A DNA stretch of 64,000 nucleotides from a virus (taxonomy: Duplodnaviria; Caudoviricetes). A program made the position numbers and the translations under genes. The stretch covers positions 29,764-93,763 of IMG/VR virus record IMGVR_UViG_3300032135_000005; one strand, written 5' to 3'. The first letter of the stretch is position 1. Each line of letters opens with the position of its first letter. Under the pieces are notes generated by a model. That model was given only the letters and a program-made list of their open reading frames with translations. It did not search any database and was not told the DNA's origin. Of the stretch, positions 37,882 through 47,742 are shown piece by piece.

Positions 37882-38670
37882 ATGACGAAAGTTATGGACT
37901 TATCCTTTTTAAAGGATGTAAAATTAGAAGTTGTTATTAAAGCAACTCCAAAACAAAAAATCTCAACACCTAAATTGCCTACTGAAGCTGATTTAAGAGT
38001 ATTCTCTAATGGTAAAGTGTATCCTTCGGAAGCATTCGCTAAAGAATACGATTTAGAATTCAAACCTAAAGTAACTTTAGCTGAAGTAGCAGCTGAAGGA
38101 GAGGAGCCTACTGTAATTGTAGGAAATGGATTAGATATCTTCACATCTAAAAAGTGGGGAATGATTATGGGTCAATTACCAACTGAATTAGTATTTGTAA
38201 CTGCTGTACCAAAATCTGCTGCTAAAGTAGACTTATGGGCATCAACCAAATATGATGGGGATACAAATACACCAAAAGCTTCAGTGTTCTTACAAGGAGT
38301 ATCAACATTCTCAAGAGAAGTATTAGTACCAATGTTAGCTGATATCTATGAAATAGATTGGGAAACTGCTGAGTATGTAGATTTCAATGTATCAAGAGAA
38401 GATATAGTTGCCTCTGAAAATAGTATTTATCACTTGCCTAAAGTAGTTTCTACTGGCCAGCACAAAGGTGAAGATACTTATGTGAGAAGAGAAAACTTAA
38501 CTATCTGTCCTTTGATTGTAGTTCACACTGAGTTAAAAGCAGTAGTTGAACCTGTTGAAAAAGCTAGTATGGATGAAGCTATGAGCAAATCATCTAAAGC
38601 TAAAGATCCAAAAGATCATGGAGAAACTAAAGCTCCGGTAAAAGACTGGGCAGCCGACCTACAGAAATAA
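37882..38670 (+). CDS. Hypothetical protein upstream of polymerase
   Basis: 262 aa; stop overlaps the polA start. Confidence 0.7.
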   Translation: MTKVMDLSFLKDVKLEVVIKATPKQKISTPKLPTEADLRVFSNGKVYPSEAFAKEYDLEFKPKVTLAEVAAEGEEPTVIVGNGLDIFTSKKWGMIMGQLPTELVFVTAVPKSAAKVDLWASTKYDGDTNTPKASVFLQGVSTFSREVLVPMLADIYEIDWETAEYVDFNVSREDIVASENSIYHLPKVVSTGQHKGEDTYVRRENLTICPLIVVHTELKAVVEPVEKASMDEAMSKSSKAKDPKDHGETKAPVKDWAADLQK

Positions 38671-40949
38671 TGGCAACTTTAATCTTTACAGGAGATGCGA
38701 GTATATCCTCTTATGGATGTACTCCATTTTCTGAAGGATTAACTTGGCTAATAGGTCTTGATATCATAGGATTAGATACTGAGACTAACGTAGTAGAGTC
38801 GATCCTTAATCGACAGCTTAAAGTAGTATCAATTGGTAGTGTAGATGGGTCTAAATTATGGGTAATAGAATGGGATCAATTAACATTTGCTGAAAGTAGT
38901 GCTTTAATGAATGAACTTCAAAGAAAGCTATGTATCATGCATAGTGTATCATTTGATTATACTGTATTCCGAAAATGCACTGGTATTAAATTAGAGAAAG
39001 TATGGGATACTTATTTAGCTGAGCAAGTTCTAACCAATGGACTCTCAAGTGAAAAAGGATTTCACGGATTACAGGGAATAATGAAAAGACGCTTTGATAT
39101 TGATATATCGAAAGAAGAGCAGCTTACATTTGAAGATGGTGGACCTTATACTGATAGACAAATTCAGTATGCTGCCATAGATGTTGTCAAATTGTGTGCA
39201 CTTAGAGAGATTCAAATCTCAGAGATGAAACATTCTGATGATAGAATTAAGCAAGGAAATCATAAAGGTCTTATGAAGACTATGTGGTGGGAGAATGAAT
39301 TTGTGAAGGTAGTTGGTGATATGGAAATGACGGGAGTTCGTATAGATAAGGAAAAGTGGTACGCGATTGAAGATTCCGTACGTCCTGTTTATGAGAGAGA
39401 ACTCGCTGAATTAAACAAGATGGTTGTAGATGATTTCTATGATGTACTTGAAGCTAACAATTGGATATCAGATAAAGATGAGTTTAGAAGTAATATTTGG
39501 GGATCTGCAGTAAAGAAGAAGAAAATCTTAGATAGAATTTATGATTTTGAAGTAGAAAAGACTGCTAAGACAGAACTGAAAAAGTATCTTGAAGAACACG
39601 ATCCTGACTTCCCTCCTGGATTAAAATTATCCGGAAAGGCTTGGCAAGAATCATTTTATCCTACATCTTTTACCAATGAATTTGCTATTTTAAAGCTTAC
39701 GATTCTTAATTCTAAAGATTTTGATGCTACTGACCATCTAAATGGATTCTTGATGACTAATCTGAAGCAATTTTGTATTGAAGAAGATTGGTTACGTCCT
39801 GCAGGTCATTTAGATCTGAATTGGGCATCACCTGCTCAAAGATTATTAGTATTTCAAGCTATAAGCCCTAAAATTCAGAGTACAGGTAAAGATGTAATAA
39901 TAGATTTTGTTCATTTACATCCTATTATACAGCATTTCCTATCTTGGAGTGAGACAGAATATCAATTGAAGAATTTTGGTAAGAAGTTCTATGATAATCA
40001 CGTAGAAATTGATGGTAAACATCGTACAAGGTTTAATCAAATTATGCAAACAGGTAGATTATCATCTGTTAAGCCTAATATGTTGAATATTCCACGTAAG
40101 ATTTCTGCATATCGAGCTGCTATAATCCCTGACCCGGGATTCGAGTTAGTCGATGCTGATTATGATGGACAAGAATTGATAATTACTGCTATTCTTTCGC
40201 AAGAACCTTCCTGGTTAGAGTATATCTCTAAAGGATATGATTTGCACAGTAAGAATGCTGAGCTGATATTCGGAGATGAATGGGTAGAAGCAACTGAAGA
40301 AGGTTGTGCTTATTATGCTCCAGTGGAAAATGGTGAAATAACCGACATATTTGAACATCAATATAAAAAGTGTAAATGTGCTAGCCATATAGAGATGAGA
40401 GATAATTCTAAAGCCGTATCATTTGGTTCTATTTATGGAATTTCGTATTTTAAACTCGCTTTTAACTTGAAAATATCTGAGAAGAGAGCTAAGTTTATCT
40501 TGAAGAGGTTCTTTGAGATAGTTCCAGCAGTAGCTGCAATGATGGTAGACTTTGGTAACTATGCAATACACAATGGACATATTATTGAACCTGTGTTTGG
40601 AAGAATTAGGTTCTTTGACCAATGGAAGTTAAGTGTAGCAGAAGAGCACGGAGCAATTGAAAGAGCAGCGTTTAATACGCCGATTCAATCAAGTGGTTCA
40701 GCTATTTTAAAAATAGCATTTGTTCTTATGCGTAGATGGTTAAATCATAACGACCTGAATGAACACATTCAACTACTATTACCTTATCACGATGAGACGA
40801 TAGCGCAAGCTAGAATTACTGAAGATAGATACTATGTAGATTTATGTAAGAAACAAGTTGAGCATTATATGATGTTAGCTGCGAAGTTAGCAGGATTTAA
40901 TGTGAGTGCCAGTTCTAAATCAGGAGCATCATGGCTGGAAGCACATTAG
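38670..40949 (+). CDS. polA: Family A DNA polymerase with 3'-5' exonuclease
   Basis: ExoI GLDTET, ExoIII YAAID; TGRLSS.KPN, motif A DADYDGQE, motif B R.SKAVSFGSIYG, motif C PYHDE. Confidence 0.93.
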   Translation: MATLIFTGDASISSYGCTPFSEGLTWLIGLDIIGLDTETNVVESILNRQLKVVSIGSVDGSKLWVIEWDQLTFAESSALMNELQRKLCIMHSVSFDYTVFRKCTGIKLEKVWDTYLAEQVLTNGLSSEKGFHGLQGIMKRRFDIDISKEEQLTFEDGGPYTDRQIQYAAIDVVKLCALREIQISEMKHSDDRIKQGNHKGLMKTMWWENEFVKVVGDMEMTGVRIDKEKWYAIEDSVRPVYERELAELNKMVVDDFYDVLEANNWISDKDEFRSNIWGSAVKKKKILDRIYDFEVEKTAKTELKKYLEEHDPDFPPGLKLSGKAWQESFYPTSFTNEFAILKLTILNSKDFDATDHLNGFLMTNLKQFCIEEDWLRPAGHLDLNWASPAQRLLVFQAISPKIQSTGKDVIIDFVHLHPIIQHFLSWSETEYQLKNFGKKFYDNHVEIDGKHRTRFNQIMQTGRLSSVKPNMLNIPRKISAYRAAIIPDPGFELVDADYDGQELIITAILSQEPSWLEYISKGYDLHSKNAELIFGDEWVEATEEGCAYYAPVENGEITDIFEHQYKKCKCASHIEMRDNSKAVSFGSIYGISYFKLAFNLKISEKRAKFILKRFFEIVPAVAAMMVDFGNYAIHNGHIIEPVFGRIRFFDQWKLSVAEEHGAIERAAFNTPIQSSGSAILKIAFVLMRRWLNHNDLNEHIQLLLPYHDETIAQARITEDRYYVDLCKKQVEHYMMLAAKLAGFNVSASSKSGASWLEAH

Positions 40950-41194
40950 TACTTGTAGACAATGTTGTAAAAGAACATGATGGAGATTATATCTTAGGTA
41001 TAAATTTAGGCCGAAAGGTTAAAGTTGCATTTCACGGAAGTGATGTTTTAAATCATTACATCGCAGTTGGTAAAGAGAATGTTAAATTAGTAACTCAAGG
41101 ACATTTGTATGTTCTAAATTATAACGTTAAAACATTTGTTCCTACATACCCTATGACATATGAAGAATTTAAAGCTAACGGAAGTAAATTATGA
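40931..41194 (+). CDS. Hypothetical protein
   Basis: 87-aa coupled ORF. Confidence 0.5.
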   Translation: MAGSTLVLVDNVVKEHDGDYILGINLGRKVKVAFHGSDVLNHYIAVGKENVKLVTQGHLYVLNYNVKTFVPTYPMTYEEFKANGSKL

Positions 41195-41409
41195 AAGAAA
41201 GTGAAATAGAGAGTAAAATACTAACGTGTCACGGAAAAATGATGGCTGTTTCTATCGCTAAATTATTAGATATTAAAGTAGCTCTAGTGTACAGTACATT
41301 TCGTAAATACGACAAACGTGTCAAAGGTCCTTATGACACAGGAGAACTGAAGAAGCGTTCTAAAAGTACTGAACGTATATGCAAACCGTATAAAAGTCAA
41401 TTATGGTAA
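41191..41409 (+). CDS. Small HTH-like protein
   Basis: AVSIAKLLDIKVALVYS. Confidence 0.5.
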   Translation: MKESEIESKILTCHGKMMAVSIAKLLDIKVALVYSTFRKYDKRVKGPYDTGELKKRSKSTERICKPYKSQLW

Positions 41410-41639
41410 CGAAAATCTTTCATAGAGGTAAATTTAAAAATGTAGATCCTGATAAAGCTCCGAAAGATGCTCGGGAACTAGATTCGTTCTTGATTTATAA
41501 TGGTGCAAACAAAGTTTTTATACGACTAGTTGGTGGTTGGTACAAAGTACAGAGAGATGGGAGTTTTACTTTCATTTCTCGTACTTTATATCTTCTATCA
41601 TTTAAAGAATGGCTAGAAATAGCCTTAAACGAAAAATAA
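41403..41639 (+). CDS. Hypothetical protein
   Basis: 78-aa coupled ORF. Confidence 0.5.
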   Translation: MVTKIFHRGKFKNVDPDKAPKDARELDSFLIYNGANKVFIRLVGGWYKVQRDGSFTFISRTLYLLSFKEWLEIALNEK

Positions 41640-41905
41640 TGACAATACTAATGGCAAAACAGCATACAAAACGAGACGTAGATGCTATCAGGAGAAAATT
41701 GGTAAAGCATGGATATGTTTACGATTTTATGAAGTCTTGTTGGGTTAATCCTGATTTAAGTCATTATACATTATTTGAAACGAATACAGTGAACAGAATA
41801 ATGTATTCTGTATTTGTAAGTAAAATAAGCCACCTCTCTGAACCCAGAGTTGTGAGAATTAATTATGAATATTTTTATTTATTAGCTAATGGCAAAACAG
41901 TATAA
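41609..41905 (+). CDS. Hypothetical protein
   Basis: ORF in operon; start may be later (41639). Confidence 0.45.
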   Translation: MARNSLKRKIMTILMAKQHTKRDVDAIRRKLVKHGYVYDFMKSCWVNPDLSHYTLFETNTVNRIMYSVFVSKISHLSEPRVVRINYEYFYLLANGKTV

Positions 41906-42021
41906 ATTTACAGCAAGAGAGCTAGTGGCTTTAATTAAAGCTAATCCTTGTAATAAAATACATACAGATGTAGATAAAGAACTAGCAGTGGAGAAGCGTA
42001 TAACGTTTCTTCAAGACGACC

Positions 42022-43314
42022 ATGAGTGTAGATGTACGTGATAAGTCACAAGCTGATGTAGTAGCATTGTATTTTACAAGAGCTCCTCTTCAGAGTTGCG
42101 GAGTATTATCCACAGGGTATGGAAAAAGTAAGGTAGCTATTAACATAATTAGACACCTACAACCTAGTAAGGTTCTTATATTAGTCAACTCGACTTTGTT
42201 AAGAGATTATAACTGGGAAATAGAGTTTAAGAAGTGGAATTATCTAACTTTCTTTAAAAACAATGTAGAACTCGTTACGTATCAGACTGCATATAAGTGG
42301 AAAAAAGAGACTAAAGACCTCTCGGACTATTTTATACTTGCAGATGAATGTGATTTTGCAGCAGATACAGATGAACTAAGTAAGTTCTTCTATGAATACT
42401 CTGATTGCAGAATATTAGGATTAACTGGATTTATAACTGAAGCAAAAATGCCTTGGTTTGATAAACATTTACCTGTATTCACCAGATTAACTGCAGATGA
42501 GGCTCAGAACTCCGGAATACTAAATAATTTACATTTCGTATTCGTTCAATATGAATTATCTCAAGACCCATCAAGTCATAAGATAACTTATTTTAAACAC
42601 GGACAGAAGAGATCCTTTACACAATCAGAATGTAATGCTTATGATTACATCAATAAGAAATGCCAAATAGAAATAGGCAAATCTGCTGAAGTACACCAAG
42701 ATTTTATGCAAGGTATACTTACTATGGATGAATACAATAAAGCAATAAAGAATGCAGATTATCAGGTACAACGAGTAACAAGAGAACGGTCAGATTTACT
42801 GTTAAATTCAGCATCGGCCAGAACAGTAGCAAGAGGTTTAATTGAGCACGTACAAACTACACAACCAGATAGTAAAACGATTATCTTTTCTAAGAGAACA
42901 GAACAATCAATTTCTATTTGTGGAACTATGAACGTCTATAATGGTAAAATACCTAAGAAACAAAGGGATGAGAATTATCTCAACTTTTTAGAAGGTAAGA
43001 TTAATCTATTAGGAGTTTGTGATAAAGTTGATCGTGGGGCAAATATCGACGGATTAGATGTTGGTATTTTAGAAACATTCTTCGGAAATGATACTAAAGC
43101 TTCTCAACGATTTGGAAGACTTATGCGTCTTAAACCAAATGAAATGGCTACTGTATACGTTCTATTGCCTTATTATATGAGGCGAGAGAAGAACAATTCG
43201 TACACATTGCAAGAAACCCAACAAGTTAAATGGGCTCGTAATATGCTACGAAGTACTAAGATTAAAACAAGTGAAGTGTGGAATTACTGCACTGTAAAAC
43301 CCAAACAAAAATGA
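42022..43314 (+). CDS. Superfamily 2 helicase
   Basis: STGYGKS, ILADECD, LGLTG, RGANI, QRFGRLMR motifs. Confidence 0.88.
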   Translation: MSVDVRDKSQADVVALYFTRAPLQSCGVLSTGYGKSKVAINIIRHLQPSKVLILVNSTLLRDYNWEIEFKKWNYLTFFKNNVELVTYQTAYKWKKETKDLSDYFILADECDFAADTDELSKFFYEYSDCRILGLTGFITEAKMPWFDKHLPVFTRLTADEAQNSGILNNLHFVFVQYELSQDPSSHKITYFKHGQKRSFTQSECNAYDYINKKCQIEIGKSAEVHQDFMQGILTMDEYNKAIKNADYQVQRVTRERSDLLLNSASARTVARGLIEHVQTTQPDSKTIIFSKRTEQSISICGTMNVYNGKIPKKQRDENYLNFLEGKINLLGVCDKVDRGANIDGLDVGILETFFGNDTKASQRFGRLMRLKPNEMATVYVLLPYYMRREKNNSYTLQETQQVKWARNMLRSTKIKTSEVWNYCTVKPKQK

Positions 43315-43844
43315 CGAAAGATGAAATAATAATAAAGTTAGAAAAATTGAACATCATCGCTGTCATCGGAAAAGAATACATGATAACAGAGAAGTATAAA
43401 GAACTTTTATCTACAAGTTTTGCTCCTTTGAAAGATATTCCCTTACCTAAACAGAATTTAGATTATAATTCTTTACTAAATCCATCTACAAATGGAGGTG
43501 ATTGGCCTATACAAATAAAAGAAACATCAGGTCACGCAAGAGCTACAGGCTTTTGTGATTTATGTGAAATTCCTAGATTTGCTAATAAAGGATATCCTTT
43601 ACGTGGTATGGGCAAAGACGCTATCAATATTTTAGGCAATATTATAGCAGATAAAAGTATTTGTCCATCTACATTTATAGATAGTGTAAAAACCTACTAT
43701 AGATATAGTGAAATGCCTAAGGCAATTAAAAATCTTATACTTGAAGGTGTTATACTTGAAGTTTATAGAGAACATATAGAAGGAAAACTAAAATCTTCGC
43801 TAACCGGCGAATCTAAAGGAGAGAACTCTACATGGCAAAATTAA
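43311..43844 (+). CDS. Hypothetical protein upstream of DnaB (possible initiator/loader)
   Basis: ATG at 43311; position only. Confidence 0.5.
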   Translation: MTKDEIIIKLEKLNIIAVIGKEYMITEKYKELLSTSFAPLKDIPLPKQNLDYNSLLNPSTNGGDWPIQIKETSGHARATGFCDLCEIPRFANKGYPLRGMGKDAINILGNIIADKSICPSTFIDSVKTYYRYSEMPKAIKNLILEGVILEVYREHIEGKLKSSLTGESKGENSTWQN

Positions 43845-45058
43845 ATAGTAAATACGAACAGGGATTTCTATCTCAATTAGATGCGTCCCAAAGAGGAGAG
43901 ATTACATATTTACCTAATGCTTTAGAAGGTGTTGGAGATGTATATAATCTTATGCCATCTAGATATACTTTGATATCTGGTGCCACTGGTGCTGGAAAGA
44001 CGAGTTTTGCCGATTTTGAATACGTATTAGCTCCTTGGAGTTATTTAGAGAAACTTGAAGATTCTGAAATCTACTGGGAAGTAAATTACTTTTCATTAGA
44101 GAGAAAGCAAATGTTTAAGCACGCCAAATGGGTATCGTGGATGATTTATAGAGATGACAATGATATGTTGTTATCGCCAGATCAGATTTTAGGTTGGAAG
44201 AATGGCCCGTTAAATACAGCAGGTTATAATCTAGTTAGAAGTTATGATGATGAAATGTCCGGATTGTTAGAACACGTAATGATTAAAGATGGTAAAGTAA
44301 GTCCGAAAGTTCTTAGTAGAATAATTAATACTCGAGCGTTAGCGTTAGGAGATTATTATTATACTGATGATATAGGAGTATATTACCGTGATAATCCTGT
44401 GTATATTAAACGATTTGAAGATGATAATTTTATAGAAGAGTCTAAAACTGGTCCTAGAAAGTTTATGGGTCTATCCCACAATGGAGAAGACTTTAAACTC
44501 TATGAAGATGACTATAGATATTTTATGTATAAGAAGAAATCATTTGTATTCTTTGTAATTGATGGTATTAACTTACTTGGAGACAAAGATGTGATTGATG
44601 AAATCAGTATGGAACTAGCTAATGCTAGAGATAGATTTGGATTTAGTCCAGTAATTGTAACCCAGCAAAATAGAGCGATGGGAGATATTCAAAGAATGAA
44701 GTTACACGGTAATGACCTGTCACCTCAACTAGAAGATATCTTTAAGAGTTCTCAAATGGGTTTTGATGCAGATTTAATTCTAGGTTTATTCGATCCGTAT
44801 AGATATAAAGCTTATGACAAAGAAGGTAAATATGGTGGATACTGTATTAACCCAATAGAAGGTCACGAAGCTTCTATGAGAACACCAGGAGGAATCAATA
44901 GATTCAGAAGTATGCATATTCTAAAGAATTCCTTTGGAGCCGATGGCGGCAAGTTTGGAATGAAGTTCTTAGGAGAATGTAATCACTTTGAAACTTTACC
45001 TCATCCTGATGATATATTGATGCAAAAAATATACGCCCAAGTTCGGTCAGGTGTATAA
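43832..45058 (+). CDS. dnaB: DnaB-like replicative helicase
   Basis: GATGAGKTS, YFSLE, VIDG, VTQQNR, DADLILGLF, ILKN motifs. Confidence 0.85.
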   Translation: MAKLNSKYEQGFLSQLDASQRGEITYLPNALEGVGDVYNLMPSRYTLISGATGAGKTSFADFEYVLAPWSYLEKLEDSEIYWEVNYFSLERKQMFKHAKWVSWMIYRDDNDMLLSPDQILGWKNGPLNTAGYNLVRSYDDEMSGLLEHVMIKDGKVSPKVLSRIINTRALALGDYYYTDDIGVYYRDNPVYIKRFEDDNFIEESKTGPRKFMGLSHNGEDFKLYEDDYRYFMYKKKSFVFFVIDGINLLGDKDVIDEISMELANARDRFGFSPVIVTQQNRAMGDIQRMKLHGNDLSPQLEDIFKSSQMGFDADLILGLFDPYRYKAYDKEGKYGGYCINPIEGHEASMRTPGGINRFRSMHILKNSFGADGGKFGMKFLGECNHFETLPHPDDILMQKIYAQVRSGV

Positions 45059-45119
45059 AATTTTGTATCTTTAGTACCCCGAAAAATAATAATCAAAATT
45101 TTAAAAACCAATAAGTATA

Positions 45120-45815
45120 ATGGCAGAAATTGTAATTTATATGGGAGAAAGTGGTTGTGGTAAATCCACAGCATTAAGAAATCTTGACCCTAAGAAAACT
45201 CTTATTATCAGTCCTAATGGTAAATCATTACCATTTCCAAAAGGCAATGAGTATGAATTAGGTGTAAATCGTATAGCTACGAGTGAACTTGATGATATTC
45301 AACCTACCATAGAACATATCGACAAAGAAATGCCTAATATAAATACTGTAGTAGTAGAGGATTTTACTCACTACTTTACAGCACGTATATTAGACCCTGC
45401 TTTTCTAGTTCGTAACAAAGGAAATGAAGCATTTCAAAGATGGAATGAATTTGGAGCATCTGTATTTCAAACAGTGTTTTCTAAATCTGAACAATGGAGA
45501 GATGATTTAATTATTGTATTAATTCATCACACTGAACTTAAAGAAGGAGGTTCTATCGGATTCAAAACATCAGGTAAGTTACTTGATAGAATCGTTGATC
45601 CACCATCCTATGTGAACTATGTTCTACACGGAGTAGTTGAAGACACTGAAGCAGGAACTCGCTATATGGTACAAACCAATAAAGATAGTGTAAGAGATGC
45701 TAAATCTCCTCCTGGGTGCTTTGCAGAAGGTAGAATCTTTAATGATATGGCTAAAATCCTAGATCGTGTCAGAGAGTACAAAAAAGGTAAAATCAAAGCG
45801 ACATTTATCGAGTAA
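45120..45815 (+). CDS. AAA-family ATPase (Sak4-like)
   Basis: MGESGCGKST, VVEDF, KTSGKLLD, AKSPPG motifs; promoter-like TATCTTTA at 45066. Confidence 0.8.
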   Translation: MAEIVIYMGESGCGKSTALRNLDPKKTLIISPNGKSLPFPKGNEYELGVNRIATSELDDIQPTIEHIDKEMPNINTVVVEDFTHYFTARILDPAFLVRNKGNEAFQRWNEFGASVFQTVFSKSEQWRDDLIIVLIHHTELKEGGSIGFKTSGKLLDRIVDPPSYVNYVLHGVVEDTEAGTRYMVQTNKDSVRDAKSPPGCFAEGRIFNDMAKILDRVREYKKGKIKATFIE

Positions 45816-45847
45816 ATTTAATTTAAACTAAAAAACAAAAGTAAATT

Positions 45848-46651
45848 ATGGCATTAATTCCAGTGGGAATCCACAACAACTTAGTGATTTCAGAGAAATC
45901 AAAAATAAATGACAAAGGATCTTTAGAACTAGTAATCAAATCTGTTGAAAGCCCTGAGGCTATATTGGCAGCATTAGAGAACAATGAAGTGTATCAGGCT
46001 ATGGAGTCTAACTTTAGGTTCTTTACTCCTAGTATTACAGATTATAATAAAATACCTAAATCTGCTGCAGATATTGTAAAAGATTTAACTGTACGTAGAC
46101 ATCAACTATCTGTTTTTGCTGAATTATTCGGCACAAAAGAAGAAGTAGCAAAAGCTATAGGAAATATGGCTATGTTTGAAGGTTTAGGAATTCCTCCAGA
46201 GACCTATGGTAAAGCCATTGGTCAACTTACGGATGAAGACTTCTTGAAAAAAGTAGACATTAATCTTTGTACTAAATTCTTAAACTTCTTGAAAGCTAAA
46301 AATGCTTTTAATAAGAATGATGCAGCATTTAGAGCTAAATGTCCAAGAGGTTCTAAGAATAAAATATTCTCTAGTCTTTCTAAAAGTACTTACGATGTAT
46401 GGTTAGAACCTATGTCTATTCCACAGCTAGCTTCTAAAATAGAATGGAGTGATTATGAAATAGACCAAGGATTGAATCATTCTAATCCTATTGCTTCTGA
46501 TGCAACTCAAGCAGCAGTAACAGATGTAAATAAAGCTAACGCTTTGTTCAAAAAACCTGATGCTCACGCTGAATCAGACACGAAAGAAGTAGATAAAATG
46601 GCTGAAGAAGCTCCGACTAAAAAACCGGATCTATTCAAAGCTAAAAAGTAA
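45848..46651 (+). CDS. Putative single-stranded DNA-binding protein
   Basis: Follows Sak4-like ATPase; flexible C-terminal tail ending PDLF; followed by a terminator. Confidence 0.45.
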   Translation: MALIPVGIHNNLVISEKSKINDKGSLELVIKSVESPEAILAALENNEVYQAMESNFRFFTPSITDYNKIPKSAADIVKDLTVRRHQLSVFAELFGTKEEVAKAIGNMAMFEGLGIPPETYGKAIGQLTDEDFLKKVDINLCTKFLNFLKAKNAFNKNDAAFRAKCPRGSKNKIFSSLSKSTYDVWLEPMSIPQLASKIEWSDYEIDQGLNHSNPIASDATQAAVTDVNKANALFKKPDAHAESDTKEVDKMAEEAPTKKPDLFKAKK

Positions 46652-46661
46652 TCTAAACACT

Positions 46662-46685
46662 AGCCCTGTTTCGGCAGGGCTTTTT
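46662..46685 (+). terminator. Intrinsic terminator
   Basis: AGCCCTGT-TTCG-GCAGGGCT-TTTT. Confidence 0.85.
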
Positions 46686-46689
46686 CATT

Positions 46690-47736
46690 ATGGATTTTTT
46701 AGAGGAATATGTAGATAAAAATCTACTCTCTAAGGCTAATGTATTGAAATATGTAGATGATTATTCTATCTATAGTATATACATAGGAATTGAACTGGAA
46801 CTCTACACAAAATATAGTTCACCCTTAAGAGATGGAGATAACGACCCAAGCTTTTCTTTATATTATAGTAAGTATAACCGAGATGTAATAATGTTTAAAG
46901 ATAATGCTACCGGATTACACGGTAATGTTTTTAAATTCTTACGCTACCTAATGGGTGGAGGAGAACAGTTAATACCTCTTAGAAATGCATTACTTCAAAT
47001 CAATAGTGATTTTCAACTAGGATTAAATAATGAAGATTGTGGCGAATTTATACCTCATTTAGTAAAAAGTAAACCTTTATACAAGGCACCTGTCAAAATC
47101 GAAGTTACAGGCCGCCAGGTAGAATCTAAAGAGTATCTCGATTATTGGGACTTCTTAGAAATTCCACTCAGAACTCGTAGAAAGTATTACTGTAAAGATG
47201 TACTAGTTGTGCATTATATTACAGATACCCATATGAGTATTAATGTTAGATCTATGGCAGTTAGCTATGAAATCGTAGGACATTATAAGGTTTATCAACC
47301 ATTTGAAGAACGTAAGTACAAGTTTAGGAATAACTATCCTTCAGGATTTGTAGAAGGCGCTATTCAATTAGATTTCAAACAAGATTTTTGTATTATCACC
47401 AAGAGCACCAAAGAGATTATGTTCTTAGATGCTCATTTCGGATGGGAAGCCGTCGCTGGTACATCAGAAAATAGTATGGTTAATAAGTATTTTATGGAGA
47501 ATACTTTAAAGTTAAAGTATAAGAAAGTATTCATCTGGTTAGACAACGATAAAGCTGGACGAGTAGCTCAACAAAGATATTTAGATGCGTATCCTTGGCT
47601 AATACCTATCAAGTTTGACGAGTTCTTAGAAGACTCTGACCCGACTGATTTGTTTGGAAGATTAAAGAAAGAGGGTAAAAAACAAAAAGCTTTAGATTAT
47701 CTAAGGTATTTAATAGAAAGTAAATTAAAAACGTAA
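46690..47736 (+). CDS. dnaG: DNA primase (TOPRIM, degenerate zinc finger)
   Basis: SPLRDGDNDPSF...FKD N-terminal domain; IITKSTKE, WLDNDKAG, DPTD motifs as in crAss primases. Confidence 0.85.
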   Translation: MDFLEEYVDKNLLSKANVLKYVDDYSIYSIYIGIELELYTKYSSPLRDGDNDPSFSLYYSKYNRDVIMFKDNATGLHGNVFKFLRYLMGGGEQLIPLRNALLQINSDFQLGLNNEDCGEFIPHLVKSKPLYKAPVKIEVTGRQVESKEYLDYWDFLEIPLRTRRKYYCKDVLVVHYITDTHMSINVRSMAVSYEIVGHYKVYQPFEERKYKFRNNYPSGFVEGAIQLDFKQDFCIITKSTKEIMFLDAHFGWEAVAGTSENSMVNKYFMENTLKLKYKKVFIWLDNDKAGRVAQQRYLDAYPWLIPIKFDEFLEDSDPTDLFGRLKKEGKKQKALDYLRYLIESKLKT

Positions 47737-47742
47737 AAATAA